This document shows, in pieces, positions 1-9,789 of a DNA stretch of 32,000 bases. Within the stretch, counting starts at the first letter, position 1, and each line of letters starts with the position of its first letter. The translations under genes were made by a program, and so were the position numbers. The notes below the pieces were generated by a model. It had not been told where the DNA came from and made no database searches. It saw nothing but the letters and a program-made list of their open reading frames with translations. The stretch covers positions 180,001 to 212,000 of the forward strand of contig NC_000964.3 in NCBI RefSeq assembly GCF_000009045.1. Reading direction: 5' to 3'. Origin of the DNA: Bacillus subtilis subsp. subtilis str. 168 (GTDB lineage: Bacteria; Bacillota; Bacilli; Bacillales; Bacillaceae).

Positions 1-347
1 GTGACGTTCCAGTTTTCTTCGATTAGCGGAATGAACTGGTTCGTTATATCAGACAGATAGTGATATCCCATTCCGCCGAAGTCCGTGAACCGATCACTGA
101 GTGATGCAGCCGGCCATGGGGTGTATTCATCAAGCCGGTTTTCGGGTTCGATACCGATCAGCACGAGTTCAGGGAGCCTTTGCTGTTGAAAGGCGCTTTC
201 TAGTAATTCGATTTGGTTTTGGAACAAAGAACTGCCATCCTGCACGTAAACAGCAGGAAATCCCCCGCTGTCTGTGCTGTAGGAAGGAGGGAGGTACAGC
301 GTGAACCTCCTGTTGCCGGCTTTGTGTTCTGAAAGAGATCCTTTCAA
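1..347 (-). CDS. besA: Siderophore (bacillibactin) trilactone esterase, partial: N-terminal part only, continues past the window start
   Basis: Minus-strand reading from a TTG at 347 preceded by AGGGGGAG gives MKGSLSEHKAGNRRFTLYLPPSYSTDSGGFPAVYVQDGSSLFQNQIELLESAFQQQRLPELVLIGIEPENRLDEYTPW, an esterase-D/IroE-like start. It lies directly after feuC with a 4-nt overlap. The supplied ORF track misses it because it starts with TTG and is truncated. Confidence 0.85.
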   Translation of the reverse strand, partial: MKGSLSEHKAGNRRFTLYLPPSYSTDSGGFPAVYVQDGSSLFQNQIELLESAFQQQRLPELVLIGIEPENRLDEYTPWPAASLSDRFTDFGGMGYHYLSDITNQFIPLIEENWNV

Positions 348-1354
348 GCATTCTCCCCCTTTTTTTGCTTGAAAAGCAGATATAAGAAATAAGGAACTCC
401 GAGGATCGCCAAAATGATGCCTGCGGGCACTTCTGCGGGCTGAAAAAACAGTTTTCCGGCAAAGTCTGCGCTTATCACAAGAAGCATCCCGATTAAACCG
501 CTCAGTGGCAGGATATAGCGATGTTCGACGCCAGCCAGTCTCCGTGAGATATGGGGAGCAATTAAGCCGACAAACGCCATACTTCCCGCTACGGAGACAC
601 AGGCGCTGATGATTGCTACACAGGCAACGAGAAGGATGGTTTTTTCTTTATTTGATGAAATACCGAGGCTTCTGACTGTGTCTTCATCAAAACGAATGGT
701 GTCGAGCAGGCGGGATTTGCCGATAAGAATCGGTATAAACAGCAGCATCCATGGGAGTACAGCTGTAATATACGTCCAGTTGGCAGACCAGATGCTTCCG
801 TTTTTCCACACCATGGCCATTTGATAGTCTTGCGGGTCCATTTTTAAAGATAAAAACAAAGACAGGGCGCTGAATCCTGAATTGATCGCAATCCCTACCA
901 AAATAATTCTTCCTGAATCTAAATTGCCTCTGTGCCATGCAAATATGTAAATCAGGATCGCCGCGATGAGCCCGCCTATCAATCCAAAGAGCGGCATTCC
1001 CATCGCTGCAGCTATGGATGTCACTTCCTTCTGGCCTTGGAATAAGAGCATAAACGCTACAATGCCAGCTCCTGCCCCTGCGTTGATTCCGAGAATTCCA
1101 GGGTCAGCAAGCCCGTTTCTCGTGATGGCCTGGATAACAGCGCCTGCAATGCCAAGACCGAGTCCAATAATAGCAGCCATGACAACCCGCGGCAGTCTTA
1201 AATCGAACAGCAAAATTTCATACTGCGGATTCGGGTCGATTTGAAAAAGAGTGGAGAGCAGCTCAGCAGGACGAACAGAAAATGATCCGCTCGTTAAGCT
1301 GAAATAGCTGACAACAAGAATCAAAGCGATGAACAATGCATATTTTTTAGCCAT
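344..1354 (-). CDS. feuC: Iron-siderophore ABC transporter permease FeuC
   Basis: 336-aa ORF, FecCD/BtuC-type multi-pass permease (GLGLGIAGAVIQAITRNGLADPGILGINAGAGAG; GLIAPHISRRLAG). Confidence 0.95.
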   Translation of the reverse strand: MAKKYALFIALILVVSYFSLTSGSFSVRPAELLSTLFQIDPNPQYEILLFDLRLPRVVMAAIIGLGLGIAGAVIQAITRNGLADPGILGINAGAGAGIVAFMLLFQGQKEVTSIAAAMGMPLFGLIGGLIAAILIYIFAWHRGNLDSGRIILVGIAINSGFSALSLFLSLKMDPQDYQMAMVWKNGSIWSANWTYITAVLPWMLLFIPILIGKSRLLDTIRFDEDTVRSLGISSNKEKTILLVACVAIISACVSVAGSMAFVGLIAPHISRRLAGVEHRYILPLSGLIGMLLVISADFAGKLFFQPAEVPAGIILAILGVPYFLYLLFKQKKGENA

Positions 1355-2351
1355 TTTGCTCCCCTCCTTTTCGTTTAATTAAATAAAGGAAGAAAGGTAC
1401 GCCGATAATGGATGTTACGACCTCAATCGGTGTTTCAAACGGATAGTTGATAAATCTGCTTGCGAGATCACACAGGGTTAAAAAGATTCCGCCCAAAATA
1501 CAGGAACACGGAATCAGCCTGCTGTAATCAGAGCCGACGAGAAATCTCGTGATATGCGGAACAACCAACCCGACAAACGCAATTTTTCCGGCCAGCGCTA
1601 CGGCACTGCCGGTTAGAATGATGACGGAAAGCATCGCCATGATTTTAATGGTTTTTTTCTTTTGCCCCAGGCTTTTAGAAATGTCGTCCCCTAATGATAC
1701 AGCGGTTACCTTTTTGCTGAGAGAAATGGCCATTATAATGCCAATCAGGAAAAACGGAGCGGCAAGCTTCAGGAAATCTGGACTCATTTGATGAAGTCTG
1801 GCACTGTACCAGAAACTGAGATCCTGAGAAATTTGAAAATAAATCGACATGGCCGCTGATAAGCTGCTGAGCAGCATGCTTGTGACTGTGCCGATGATGG
1901 CGAGCTGCACGGGGGTAAATCCGTTTGGCATCATGGCGGCAAGGCCGAATACTAACACCGCTCCTAACGCTGAGCCGATAAAAGAGTATATCATCATTTC
2001 AATCGAAGATGATTGCGGGAGCAGAACCATGCAAAGCGTAATGATAAACGCTGAACCATCTGAAACACCCATAATGGATGGCGAAGCTAAATAATTGCGC
2101 GTAATGCCCTGCATAAGCGCTCCAGAAACAGCAAGGGCTGCCCCTATGAGCAGAGCGCCGGCAGCCCTTGGAATCCGGGAATGCCATATAATTTGATGGT
2201 CTGTGTTTCCCGGATCGAAATGAATAAGAGATGTAAAAACAATATCTGTGCTGAGATGCTTTGCCCCATAAAGGATTGAAAGCAAAAGTGACAGCGCTAT
2301 AGCAAATGGAGAAGTAATCAATATGATACGTGTCCACTGTTTTGAATACAT
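1347..2351 (-). CDS. feuB: Iron-siderophore ABC transporter permease FeuB
   Basis: 334-aa FecCD-type permease, 8-nt overlap with feuC (GAALAVSGALMQGITRNYLASPSIMGVSDGSAF; GLVVPHITRFLVG). Confidence 0.95.
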   Translation of the reverse strand: MYSKQWTRIILITSPFAIALSLLLSILYGAKHLSTDIVFTSLIHFDPGNTDHQIIWHSRIPRAAGALLIGAALAVSGALMQGITRNYLASPSIMGVSDGSAFIITLCMVLLPQSSSIEMMIYSFIGSALGAVLVFGLAAMMPNGFTPVQLAIIGTVTSMLLSSLSAAMSIYFQISQDLSFWYSARLHQMSPDFLKLAAPFFLIGIIMAISLSKKVTAVSLGDDISKSLGQKKKTIKIMAMLSVIILTGSAVALAGKIAFVGLVVPHITRFLVGSDYSRLIPCSCILGGIFLTLCDLASRFINYPFETPIEVVTSIIGVPFFLYLIKRKGGEQNG

Positions 2352-2369
2352 ACAAAAACCTACTCTGAA

Positions 2370-3323
2370 TTAGTTTTGTGTCAATTTTTCAGCAGCCGCT
2401 TTCAGGAAACGGACTTTGCTCCAAGCTGTGCCGCCTTGTGCGAGAGGGTCCACTGAGTTGACATACACATGGTCTTCTTTGACTGCTTTAAGGCTTTTCC
2501 AGATTGGATTTTTCTCTAAATCTTTTAAGGCATCAGGTTTGTCTGCATTTTCATCATCAGAAAATTGGACGAAAATATGGTCCGGGTTCATTTCACTTAA
2601 TTTTTCTAATGAACTCAGCTCTTGCGCTTTTGCAGCCTTTACTTCGTTCGGCGCCTTAAGGCCTAAATCACCGTATAGTGTGGAGTTGAAATACACCTGT
2701 TCAGGGTAAATGTAAATGTTGCCTTGTCTGATTCTGATGACAAGCGCTTTTGAATCTTTCGCTTTATCGTTGATTTTTGTTTTTATTTCTTTTAGATCCT
2801 GTTCATAGTCTGCAATAATTTTCTTTGCTTTTTTCTCTTTTCCAGTCAGCTGGGCAAGAAGCATCATGTTTTCCTTCCAGTTTGAAGAGATATGAGAAAC
2901 TGGGATCGTCGTGCCTGCTGTGCTGATTTTTTGCAGCGTTTTTTCCGGAAACTTTGTTGAAGCAAGGATAACATCTGGCTTCATTTCAAGAATCTTTTCA
3001 ATATTTGGCTCCATTTTTTCTCCGGTTGGTTCGGCTTTATCAGTGATGTCTTTGAACATATCAGGGAATTTGCCGGAGAATGAAATTGCGCCTTGCGGAT
3101 GAACGTCAAGCAATTTCGCGTCTTCCATTGATTCAACGCTTCCCGTAATGGCAATTTTGTCTGTCGGTACAGTTACTTCATATGTTTTATCAAGGTATTC
3201 AATTTTCTTCTTCTCAGATGCTGTGCCGCTTGCCTTGCTGGCAGTTGATTCATTTTTGCTGCCGCAAGCTGCCGCCGTCAGCGCGAGAAGTAAGATTAAT
3301 AAGGTAAGAGATATCTTTTTCAT
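2370..3323 (-). CDS. feuA: Iron-bacillibactin/enterobactin substrate-binding lipoprotein FeuA
   Basis: 317-aa ORF with lipobox (LLALTAAACGS) and periplasmic-binding-protein fold features; Shine-Dalgarno AGGAGG upstream. Confidence 0.95.
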   Translation of the reverse strand: MKKISLTLLILLLALTAAACGSKNESTASKASGTASEKKKIEYLDKTYEVTVPTDKIAITGSVESMEDAKLLDVHPQGAISFSGKFPDMFKDITDKAEPTGEKMEPNIEKILEMKPDVILASTKFPEKTLQKISTAGTTIPVSHISSNWKENMMLLAQLTGKEKKAKKIIADYEQDLKEIKTKINDKAKDSKALVIRIRQGNIYIYPEQVYFNSTLYGDLGLKAPNEVKAAKAQELSSLEKLSEMNPDHIFVQFSDDENADKPDALKDLEKNPIWKSLKAVKEDHVYVNSVDPLAQGGTAWSKVRFLKAAAEKLTQN

Positions 3324-3344
3324 CTATAGAGCCTCCTGTTCAAT

Positions 3345-3359
3345 TGATAACTATTATCA
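3345..3359. promoter_or_regulatory. Fur box in the feuA leader
   Basis: TGATAACTATTATCA matches the 7-1-7 Fur consensus TGATAATNATTATCA at all but one position; located 3' of a TATAAT-like -10 (minus strand, 3366-3371). Confidence 0.85.
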
Positions 3360-3392
3360 ATTGGAATTATAGAGAATGAACAGATATAACAC

Positions 3393-3431
3393 CATGGACA
3401 AATTCCTGATTTATCATGGACAATCTCCGGA
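3393..3431. promoter_or_regulatory. Tandem direct repeats, probable Btr activator sites upstream of the feuA promoter
   Basis: CATGGACAAATTCCTGA (3393-3409) and CATGGACAATCTCCGGA (3415-3431): 14/17 identical, 22-bp periodicity (about two helical turns), just upstream of the expected weak -35 region. Confidence 0.7.
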
Positions 3432-5003
3432 TAGTAAAGAAACAGTTTGCTGAACGATGCGTTCGTGCCCGCAAGCTGAGTATTCATTCCACGGGTCAAG
3501 GGATAGAAGATAAACACGGTTATCTCGTACCGCGCTTAGGTTTTGCCATGCTTCTGTCTGCTGTAATTGCTGGTAGTAAGCTATGGTCTCCGGCTCTTTA
3601 AAAAGAAAAAGCATCATACAGTCAGCTTGGTAATTTGCGATATTTTCTAACGAAATCGCTTGTTCTGAAGGTGTGTCAGCCGTTGTTGCCGAGCTGAATC
3701 CTAAATCCCCAAAGAAAACTTCGCGGACACTTCGGTTATGAGCCAGATAGAAGTTTTGCTTATGCAGCCTCAAAAAGAGAAAACGCAGCCCTTGAACGTG
3801 CTGAAGTGTTTTTTTGGCGGCCGTTGTCTGCTGGTCATAATCCGCTAGCCACTTTTCTGCTTCGGACTCCTCCTTTAAAAATGAGGCAGTTTGCAGAAAG
3901 TGGGTTCTCCAGCTTTCTTCTGAAGGAAGGTACATGACTTCTGCGATGCGATTCAGGCGATCTTGTTCTTCTGGAGAAATAGAATCCATGCTGACAATCA
4001 CATCTGGTTCTGCCTGTGATAACGTGTACAGGTTTTCTTCCCACTTTTCATTAAACCGGTATGCACTGAGCTGGACGGGTATATCTGTCGAATAATGCTG
4101 ATAGTAGTAAGACGTCCATTTCGGATGCAGAGCGGCCGCAAAAGGTATGTGGTGAAGAGGGATGAGATGGCCCATTGTGCCCCTTCCGTATGCGGCGATT
4201 TTCTTTCGGCGTTTTTTCATATAGCTTGTAGGTGAACAGCCTGTATATTTTTTAAAGATTCTGCTGAAATAAAATTCATCTTGATAACCGGTTTGGTGTG
4301 CGATTTCTTTCAATTTGCAGTTTGATTTTGCCATGAGCCGTTTTGCCTTTGTGATTCGTGTTTTCGTAATAAATTCTGTTACGCTCTGTCCTGTCCATTT
4401 TTTAAAGCTTTCACTGTAGTGTTTGGCACTGATTCCTGCCATTTGCGACAGCTGGGCAAGCGTGATTTTTGTATCGGCATGGGTTTCGATATAGTGTTTT
4501 GTTTTTTCGATTGCTGAATGTGTATCCGTTTGATCAGATAAACTGGCAGTAAAAAGATCATAAATCAGGCTTTGTACTTCAATCACACATTTTAGCTGAG
4601 AAAGCTGAGACGATTCATTCCATAGTGCGGCAAGCTCTTGAAGCCGGACTGCAAGATTTTCGATATGTGAAACATTCATAAGCTTCAGTTTGGCTAATTC
4701 CGATTCTGTGCACGGTGTGAAAATATCTTGCCCGGTTTCCTTGATATAGCTTAGAAGCCTGATTATACAGGCATCTATATGTCCATCGGCTGCTGGCGTA
4801 AAGCCAAAGGTCTCGTTAGGCGGACAAACATAAAGTGTCTTTTTTTGCAGAGGATTGGTGTTTGTTCCGATCGAAATATAGCCGTTTCCTTTTAAATGAA
4901 AAATCAGCACGAATGAATCGGCTAATTGCTGTTCTGAGAAGAGATCACTTGTCTTTTTTAGATATTCAATTTGTACTGGTTGATAAATCACTGCATTTTG
5001 CAC
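3414..5003 (-). CDS. btr: AraC-family transcriptional activator with C-terminal substrate-binding-protein domain (bacillibactin sensor)
   Basis: 529-aa ORF: AraC HTH (ITLAQLSQMAGISAKHYSESFKKWTGQSV...IAHQTGYQDEFYFSRIFKKYTGCSP) fused to a FeuA-like binding domain; adjacent to feuABC. Confidence 0.93.
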   Translation of the reverse strand: MQNAVIYQPVQIEYLKKTSDLFSEQQLADSFVLIFHLKGNGYISIGTNTNPLQKKTLYVCPPNETFGFTPAADGHIDACIIRLLSYIKETGQDIFTPCTESELAKLKLMNVSHIENLAVRLQELAALWNESSQLSQLKCVIEVQSLIYDLFTASLSDQTDTHSAIEKTKHYIETHADTKITLAQLSQMAGISAKHYSESFKKWTGQSVTEFITKTRITKAKRLMAKSNCKLKEIAHQTGYQDEFYFSRIFKKYTGCSPTSYMKKRRKKIAAYGRGTMGHLIPLHHIPFAAALHPKWTSYYYQHYSTDIPVQLSAYRFNEKWEENLYTLSQAEPDVIVSMDSISPEEQDRLNRIAEVMYLPSEESWRTHFLQTASFLKEESEAEKWLADYDQQTTAAKKTLQHVQGLRFLFLRLHKQNFYLAHNRSVREVFFGDLGFSSATTADTPSEQAISLENIANYQADCMMLFLFKEPETIAYYQQLQQTEAWQNLSAVRDNRVYLLSLDPWNEYSACGHERIVQQTVSLLSGDCP

Positions 5004-5033
5004 GAGTAGACCACCTTTTCAGAAGCTTTCAAT

Positions 5034-5048
5034 TGATAATCATTTTCA
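5034..5048. promoter_or_regulatory. Fur box upstream of btr
   Basis: TGATAATCATTTTCA, 14/15 match to TGATAATNATTATCA, about 30 bp upstream of the btr start codon. Confidence 0.8.
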
Positions 5049-5110
5049 ATAAAAATTGTACCAAATAAATGAAAGTTTTCCTATATAAAGCGGGTGGGTT
5101 TTTAGCATGA

Positions 5111-5143
5111 AAAAAACCCTTACTTATGTGTAAAAGTAAGGGT
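5111..5143 (-). terminator. Rho-independent terminator of the namZ (ybbC) end of the mur operon
   Basis: 10-bp inverted repeat ACCCTTACTT (5116-5125) / AAGTAAGGGT (5134-5143) with A-run 5111-5116, i.e. a T-run on the minus strand. Confidence 0.85.
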
Positions 5144-5193
5144 CTTTCGTTCAATAAGAATATGTTACACGTGTAACATACGATGCTTATGTT

Positions 5194-6438
5194 CTAATAA
5201 ATGAGATACTTTTTTCTTGTTTTGCTGAATTGTTGGAGTGTTTTTTCATAGCTGTTTATGATGTTCTCAACCGAAGTTCCATTTTCAATTTTTGTCCTGA
5301 TCCAGCCGTTGCCTGCCAGTTTATCGAATGAACCTGTTGACAGGAACTCAAAATCCTCAGGATAGAGATCGTGTATGGTTTTAATGACTGAAAGACCCGT
5401 TTTAACGGCTTCAAACTTATCTCTGTCTGTCACATAGAGCTGCACACCGTGGCAAAGCGTTCCTTGATGTTTAGAAAACGTCGGTGTGAAGGATGCTGCC
5501 CTAAATGTAACGCCCGGCAAATGGAGGCTGTTTAATGTTTCTTCAAGTTCTGTGCTTTTGATAAAGGGAGCTCCGATCAATTCGAATGGCTTTGTTGTCC
5601 CTCGCCCTTCGGATATATTTGTTCCTTCAATCAGCCCGGTTGCAGGATAAACAAATGTGCTTTCCACCGTCGGCATGTTAGGCGAAGGGAGGACGAAAGG
5701 CAATCGGGTATCGTCAAAATCCATTTTTCGTTTCCAGTGTTTCATTTTTACCACTGTAAGATCGGCATCAATACTAAATTCTTTGTTGAACAGTGAAGCC
5801 AATTCGCCTATCGTCATCCCATGCTTCAATGGAATGGGATACAATCCGACAAATGAGGCGTATTCAGGTTCTAAGATTGGTCCTTCAATATGATTCCCGC
5901 CTTGAGGATTCGGACGGTCCAGCACCATAAATGGAATGCCGTTTTCTTTAGCGGCTTCCATTGCGTATGCCATTGTATAAATGTACGTGTAGAAACGGGT
6001 CCCGACATCCTGAATGTCAAACATTAGAATATCGACATTTTTAAGCATTTCTGGAGTCGGTTTTTTCGTTTTTCCGTAGAGGCTGTATACGGGAACCCCG
6101 GTTTTTTCGTCAATGTAAGAGCCTACTTCGTCTCCAGCCTGGGCGTCACCGCGGACGCCGTGTTCAGGGCCGAATAAAGCTGTCAGTTTGATATCCGGGT
6201 TCTCGTAAAGGATATCGACACTGCTTTTTAGAGATGTGTTTACTCCGGCTGGATTGGTGATCAGTCCGATGCGTTTTCCCTTGAGCTGTTTTTTATAGTC
6301 TGGCAAGAGCGTGTCTATCCCAGTCTGGACTTTAGGTTTTTTAGCTGTTTGATTCTTTGAATCGGGTGAAGCAGAGGCAGCGGTTATCGTTCCGAACATC
6401 ATGAGCCCTGTCAGAAAAGCGAATATTGTTTTTCTCAT
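5194..6438 (-). CDS. namZ: Exo-beta-N-acetylmuramidase (DUF1343 family, YbbC/NamZ)
   Basis: 414-aa secreted ORF (signal peptide MRKTIFAFLTGLMMFGTITAASA), DUF1343 motifs (RIGLITNPAG, FGPEHGVRG, DVGTRFYTY, LDRPNP). Confidence 0.9.
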   Translation of the reverse strand: MRKTIFAFLTGLMMFGTITAASASPDSKNQTAKKPKVQTGIDTLLPDYKKQLKGKRIGLITNPAGVNTSLKSSVDILYENPDIKLTALFGPEHGVRGDAQAGDEVGSYIDEKTGVPVYSLYGKTKKPTPEMLKNVDILMFDIQDVGTRFYTYIYTMAYAMEAAKENGIPFMVLDRPNPQGGNHIEGPILEPEYASFVGLYPIPLKHGMTIGELASLFNKEFSIDADLTVVKMKHWKRKMDFDDTRLPFVLPSPNMPTVESTFVYPATGLIEGTNISEGRGTTKPFELIGAPFIKSTELEETLNSLHLPGVTFRAASFTPTFSKHQGTLCHGVQLYVTDRDKFEAVKTGLSVIKTIHDLYPEDFEFLSTGSFDKLAGNGWIRTKIENGTSVENIINSYEKTLQQFSKTRKKYLIY

Positions 6439-6451
6439 GTGTCCCTCCTTA

Positions 6452-8380
6452 TTAAAGCGGTCTTCCCGTTTTGATATTTAATCCGTAGCCAAGTGGGTAA
6501 AGGGTGTTCCCTGGTTTCGTGACTGACGGAATGTCAACTGGAAGTGTGCCTTTAGGTTTTGCCTGGCCGAATATCGCCATCACTCCGGCCGGAATATTAG
6601 GTTGAAGATAACGGCCATTTGCGTATCCTTTAAAGCCATAGACTGCAATCAGTGCTTTTGCTTCTTCGAAATTGGCTGCGTCATAGGGGTTGCGCAGGCT
6701 CATTAAGACAAATGGTTTGTTGTGCTGCAGTGCGGCTTTCATGACAGCTCTCGGAAACACGGTGGCCCATTTGCTTGAATCTGATATTGTGTCGTCGATG
6801 ACACCGTCGTTGACGACAGGGTCATTTTTGACGACATAGGAGCCGGTAATGATATAATCAGCCTCTTTTACTTGTTTTTCATGCTCGGTCTTAAATACTT
6901 GGCTGGCAAAGTTCATTTTGCTGAGGGATACGGGTTTGATTTTCTTTCGCTTGATGAGATCGTGAATGGTTTGTTCGATTGAAGCAGTTTGTTCTTCGTA
7001 AGGTGCCACAATTAAGATTCGGCTGCCTTTTTTAGGCTTGAACGGCAAAGTGTGCTGTTCATTTTTTAATACAGTTACTGCTTTTTCAGCTAATTTTTTC
7101 TCTGCTTTCAGGTGCTGCTTGCTTCCTACGATTTTTTTGGCTTTGGCTATTTTTTCTTTTGTACTGTCGCTGTTTCGCGCTGGATACATGCCGCGTTTTA
7201 TTTTCAGGGAAATGATTCTTTCAACTGAATTGTTGATTTGTTGTTCAGGAATATCCCCGTTTTTCACGGCTTCTTTCAAAGCTTGAATAACACGTGCGAA
7301 TTTCTGTTCTTCTTTCAATGAAGTGACTGAGGCTGGCATTAATGCAATATCGACACCAGCTTTTACGGCCATGACCACAGCCTCTTCCTGTCCGAAATGA
7401 TCTGCGATTGCCTTCATATTGAGCGCATCGGTAACGATGACCCCATTAAAGCCCATTTCCTGACGAAGAAGACCTGTCATCACTTTTTTTGAAAGTGTAG
7501 CTGGAACCAGAATGTCCGATCCATCGAGTTTGCTTTTGTAAGTGGTGTCATCAAAGGCGGGAAACTGAACATGGGCTGTCATCACCATATCAGCACCAGC
7601 ATCAATTGCTTTTTGAAAAGGATAAAGCTCGACCTCACGAAGCCGTTCTTGGCCATGGGAAACGAGCGGCAGTCCATAATGGCTGTCAACGTCCGTGTCT
7701 CCATGTCCCGGGAAATGTTTGAGGGCAGACGCGATATCCTGCCGCTGCAACCCTTTCATCGTATATAAACCGAGGCGTGATGTCAGTTCTCGATTGGAGC
7801 TGAATGACCGTACGCCGATTACAGGATTATCAGGATTATTGTTAATGTCCACGACAGGGCTGAAATCTGTATTGATGCCTAAGGCAGAGAGCTCTTTTCC
7901 GATGATGCTGCCGGTCTGATACGCATTGATTCTGCTTCTGGCTGCGCCCAGCGCCATATTCCCTGGGAAATTAGTGCCCTCCCCTAACCTCGTTACAATG
8001 CCGCCTTCCTGATCAATACTCAGCATGAGCGGGATTTTTGGACTTGCCTTTTGGTAATCGTCTGTCAGTTGGACAGTTTGTTTTGTTGTTTTTACATTTT
8101 CTGCAAAAAGGATGATGCCTCCGAATTGATATTTCTTGACGAGGCTGGCGACTTCATCATTCATTTTTGTAAGGGCTTGCGGAGAGGACTCGCCTTCCTT
8201 TTGCCAATTTCTAAAATCAGGCATCAGCATCTGGCCGAGTTTTTCATCTAACGACATACGATTGACAATCTGATTGGCATCGATTGCACGTTTGGATGCA
8301 GAGGCTTCTGTCTGTCTGGCCCCGAAAAAGCATGAAAGAAAGAGAACGGCTGAAAGGATAAGCGGAAAGACAGGTCTCAT
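6452..8380 (-). CDS. nagZ: Secreted beta-N-acetylglucosaminidase, glycoside hydrolase family 3 (YbbD)
   Basis: 642-aa ORF; GH3 motifs ([51 protein letters not shown]). Confidence 0.93.
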
Positions 8381-8407
8381 AGAAACTTCCTCCTATCGTC
8401 TAATCAT

Positions 8408-9733
8408 TCACTCCATCGCTTCATAAATCGCGGTTATGACACTTCCATAACTGCCTGTTGGAAATTGGTCACCTTCAAAGACGTTCGGATTTTCTTCCGG
8501 ATCAATAACTGGTGTATGCTTTTTATTTGTTAACAATGCGATGCCTAAATTGTATGCTGGATCAATAATTGTAACTGTCCCCGTCCAGCCGGTATGCCCG
8601 TAAGCATTTTCGCTGGCATGAGGGCCAAACATCCATTCCATGCTTTTACTTCCGTTCCGCCTCCAGCCAAGAGCGAATGTCGGATCTGTTGCTGAAGGTG
8701 CTGTAAACAGGTCGGCTGTTTTCTGATCAAATAAAGAAATGTTTCGGTATGAACCTTTGTTTAACATGACTTGCAGCAGTATGGCCATATCATCTGCATT
8801 TGAGAACAATCCGGCATGCCCAGACACGCCGTCCATTGAGTAAAACGCTTTTTCGTCATGCACCTCTCCTTGCAGCGTGTTTGTGCGGATGTTAGGGAAT
8901 TGAATAACGCCGTCACGTGTATTGCCCATGCGTTCAGTAGCTGCGAACTGTTTCGGTTTAAAGCCCTTTTGCAGCGGATTGTACAAGGTATGCTTCAGCC
9001 TGAGCGGTTTGTAGAGCTCTTGCTCCGTGTAGACATCAAGCGGTTTGCCGGTGAGTTTTTCGACAATACATCCGAGTAGCATATATCCAATGTCACTGTA
9101 TACGTGTTTTGTCCCGGTTTGATAATCGAGCGGAATTTTCGTCAAATATTCAATCGTTTTGTCCCGTTCTTGGGAATAGTACTTGCCGGCTTTTTCCGGC
9201 GTGTAAAAGTAAAAGCTTGATGGGAGCCCTGATTGGTGCTGGAGGACATCAATGACACGTATCTTGTCTTTTCCTTTTATGAGGTCACCCGGCTGATCCT
9301 TGAAACCCGGCAAATATGCAGAAACTTTTTCATAGACGTCAAGTTTTCCTTGGCTGACTAAGCGCTGCAATGCAAAATTTGTTGCGTACATTTTTGTATT
9401 TGAGGCTAAGTCAAACATCGTGCGGGTTTTCATTTTGGCCGGACGGCGCAGCAGTTCTGATCCTTCGTACTTTTTACTGTAGCCGTATGCTGCTTTTTTT
9501 ATGATGCGTCCATCCTTCACCACCACAAGAACGGCGCCTGGAAATCCTGCTGCAATATCCCGTTCTATCATCTGATCTACCTTCCTTAGCTTCTTCGTCG
9601 AGAATTGTGCAGTTTCTGCATTTATGATTTTCGGCTCAATCAAGTTGCCTGCTGTTTGTGCGAAGGTTTCATTTGGCGCAAATATCGATAGGGTTAAAAT
9701 GGCACTGAATATGAACAGTGTCTTTGTTTTCAC
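8408..9733 (-). CDS. amiE: N-acetylmuramyl-L-alanine amidase AmiE, beta-lactamase-like serine hydrolase fold (YbbE)
   Basis: 441-aa ORF, class C beta-lactamase/DD-peptidase-like motifs (DLASNTKMYATNFALQ, YSDIGYMLLG, GHTGWTGT), in the MurNAc operon. Confidence 0.88.
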   Translation of the reverse strand: MKTKTLFIFSAILTLSIFAPNETFAQTAGNLIEPKIINAETAQFSTKKLRKVDQMIERDIAAGFPGAVLVVVKDGRIIKKAAYGYSKKYEGSELLRRPAKMKTRTMFDLASNTKMYATNFALQRLVSQGKLDVYEKVSAYLPGFKDQPGDLIKGKDKIRVIDVLQHQSGLPSSFYFYTPEKAGKYYSQERDKTIEYLTKIPLDYQTGTKHVYSDIGYMLLGCIVEKLTGKPLDVYTEQELYKPLRLKHTLYNPLQKGFKPKQFAATERMGNTRDGVIQFPNIRTNTLQGEVHDEKAFYSMDGVSGHAGLFSNADDMAILLQVMLNKGSYRNISLFDQKTADLFTAPSATDPTFALGWRRNGSKSMEWMFGPHASENAYGHTGWTGTVTIIDPAYNLGIALLTNKKHTPVIDPEENPNVFEGDQFPTGSYGSVITAIYEAME

Positions 9734-9789
9734 AGGCTAGCCCCTTTCTGTGCTTCTATCCCGTTTACTATCCCTAAAACAGAAACAAT

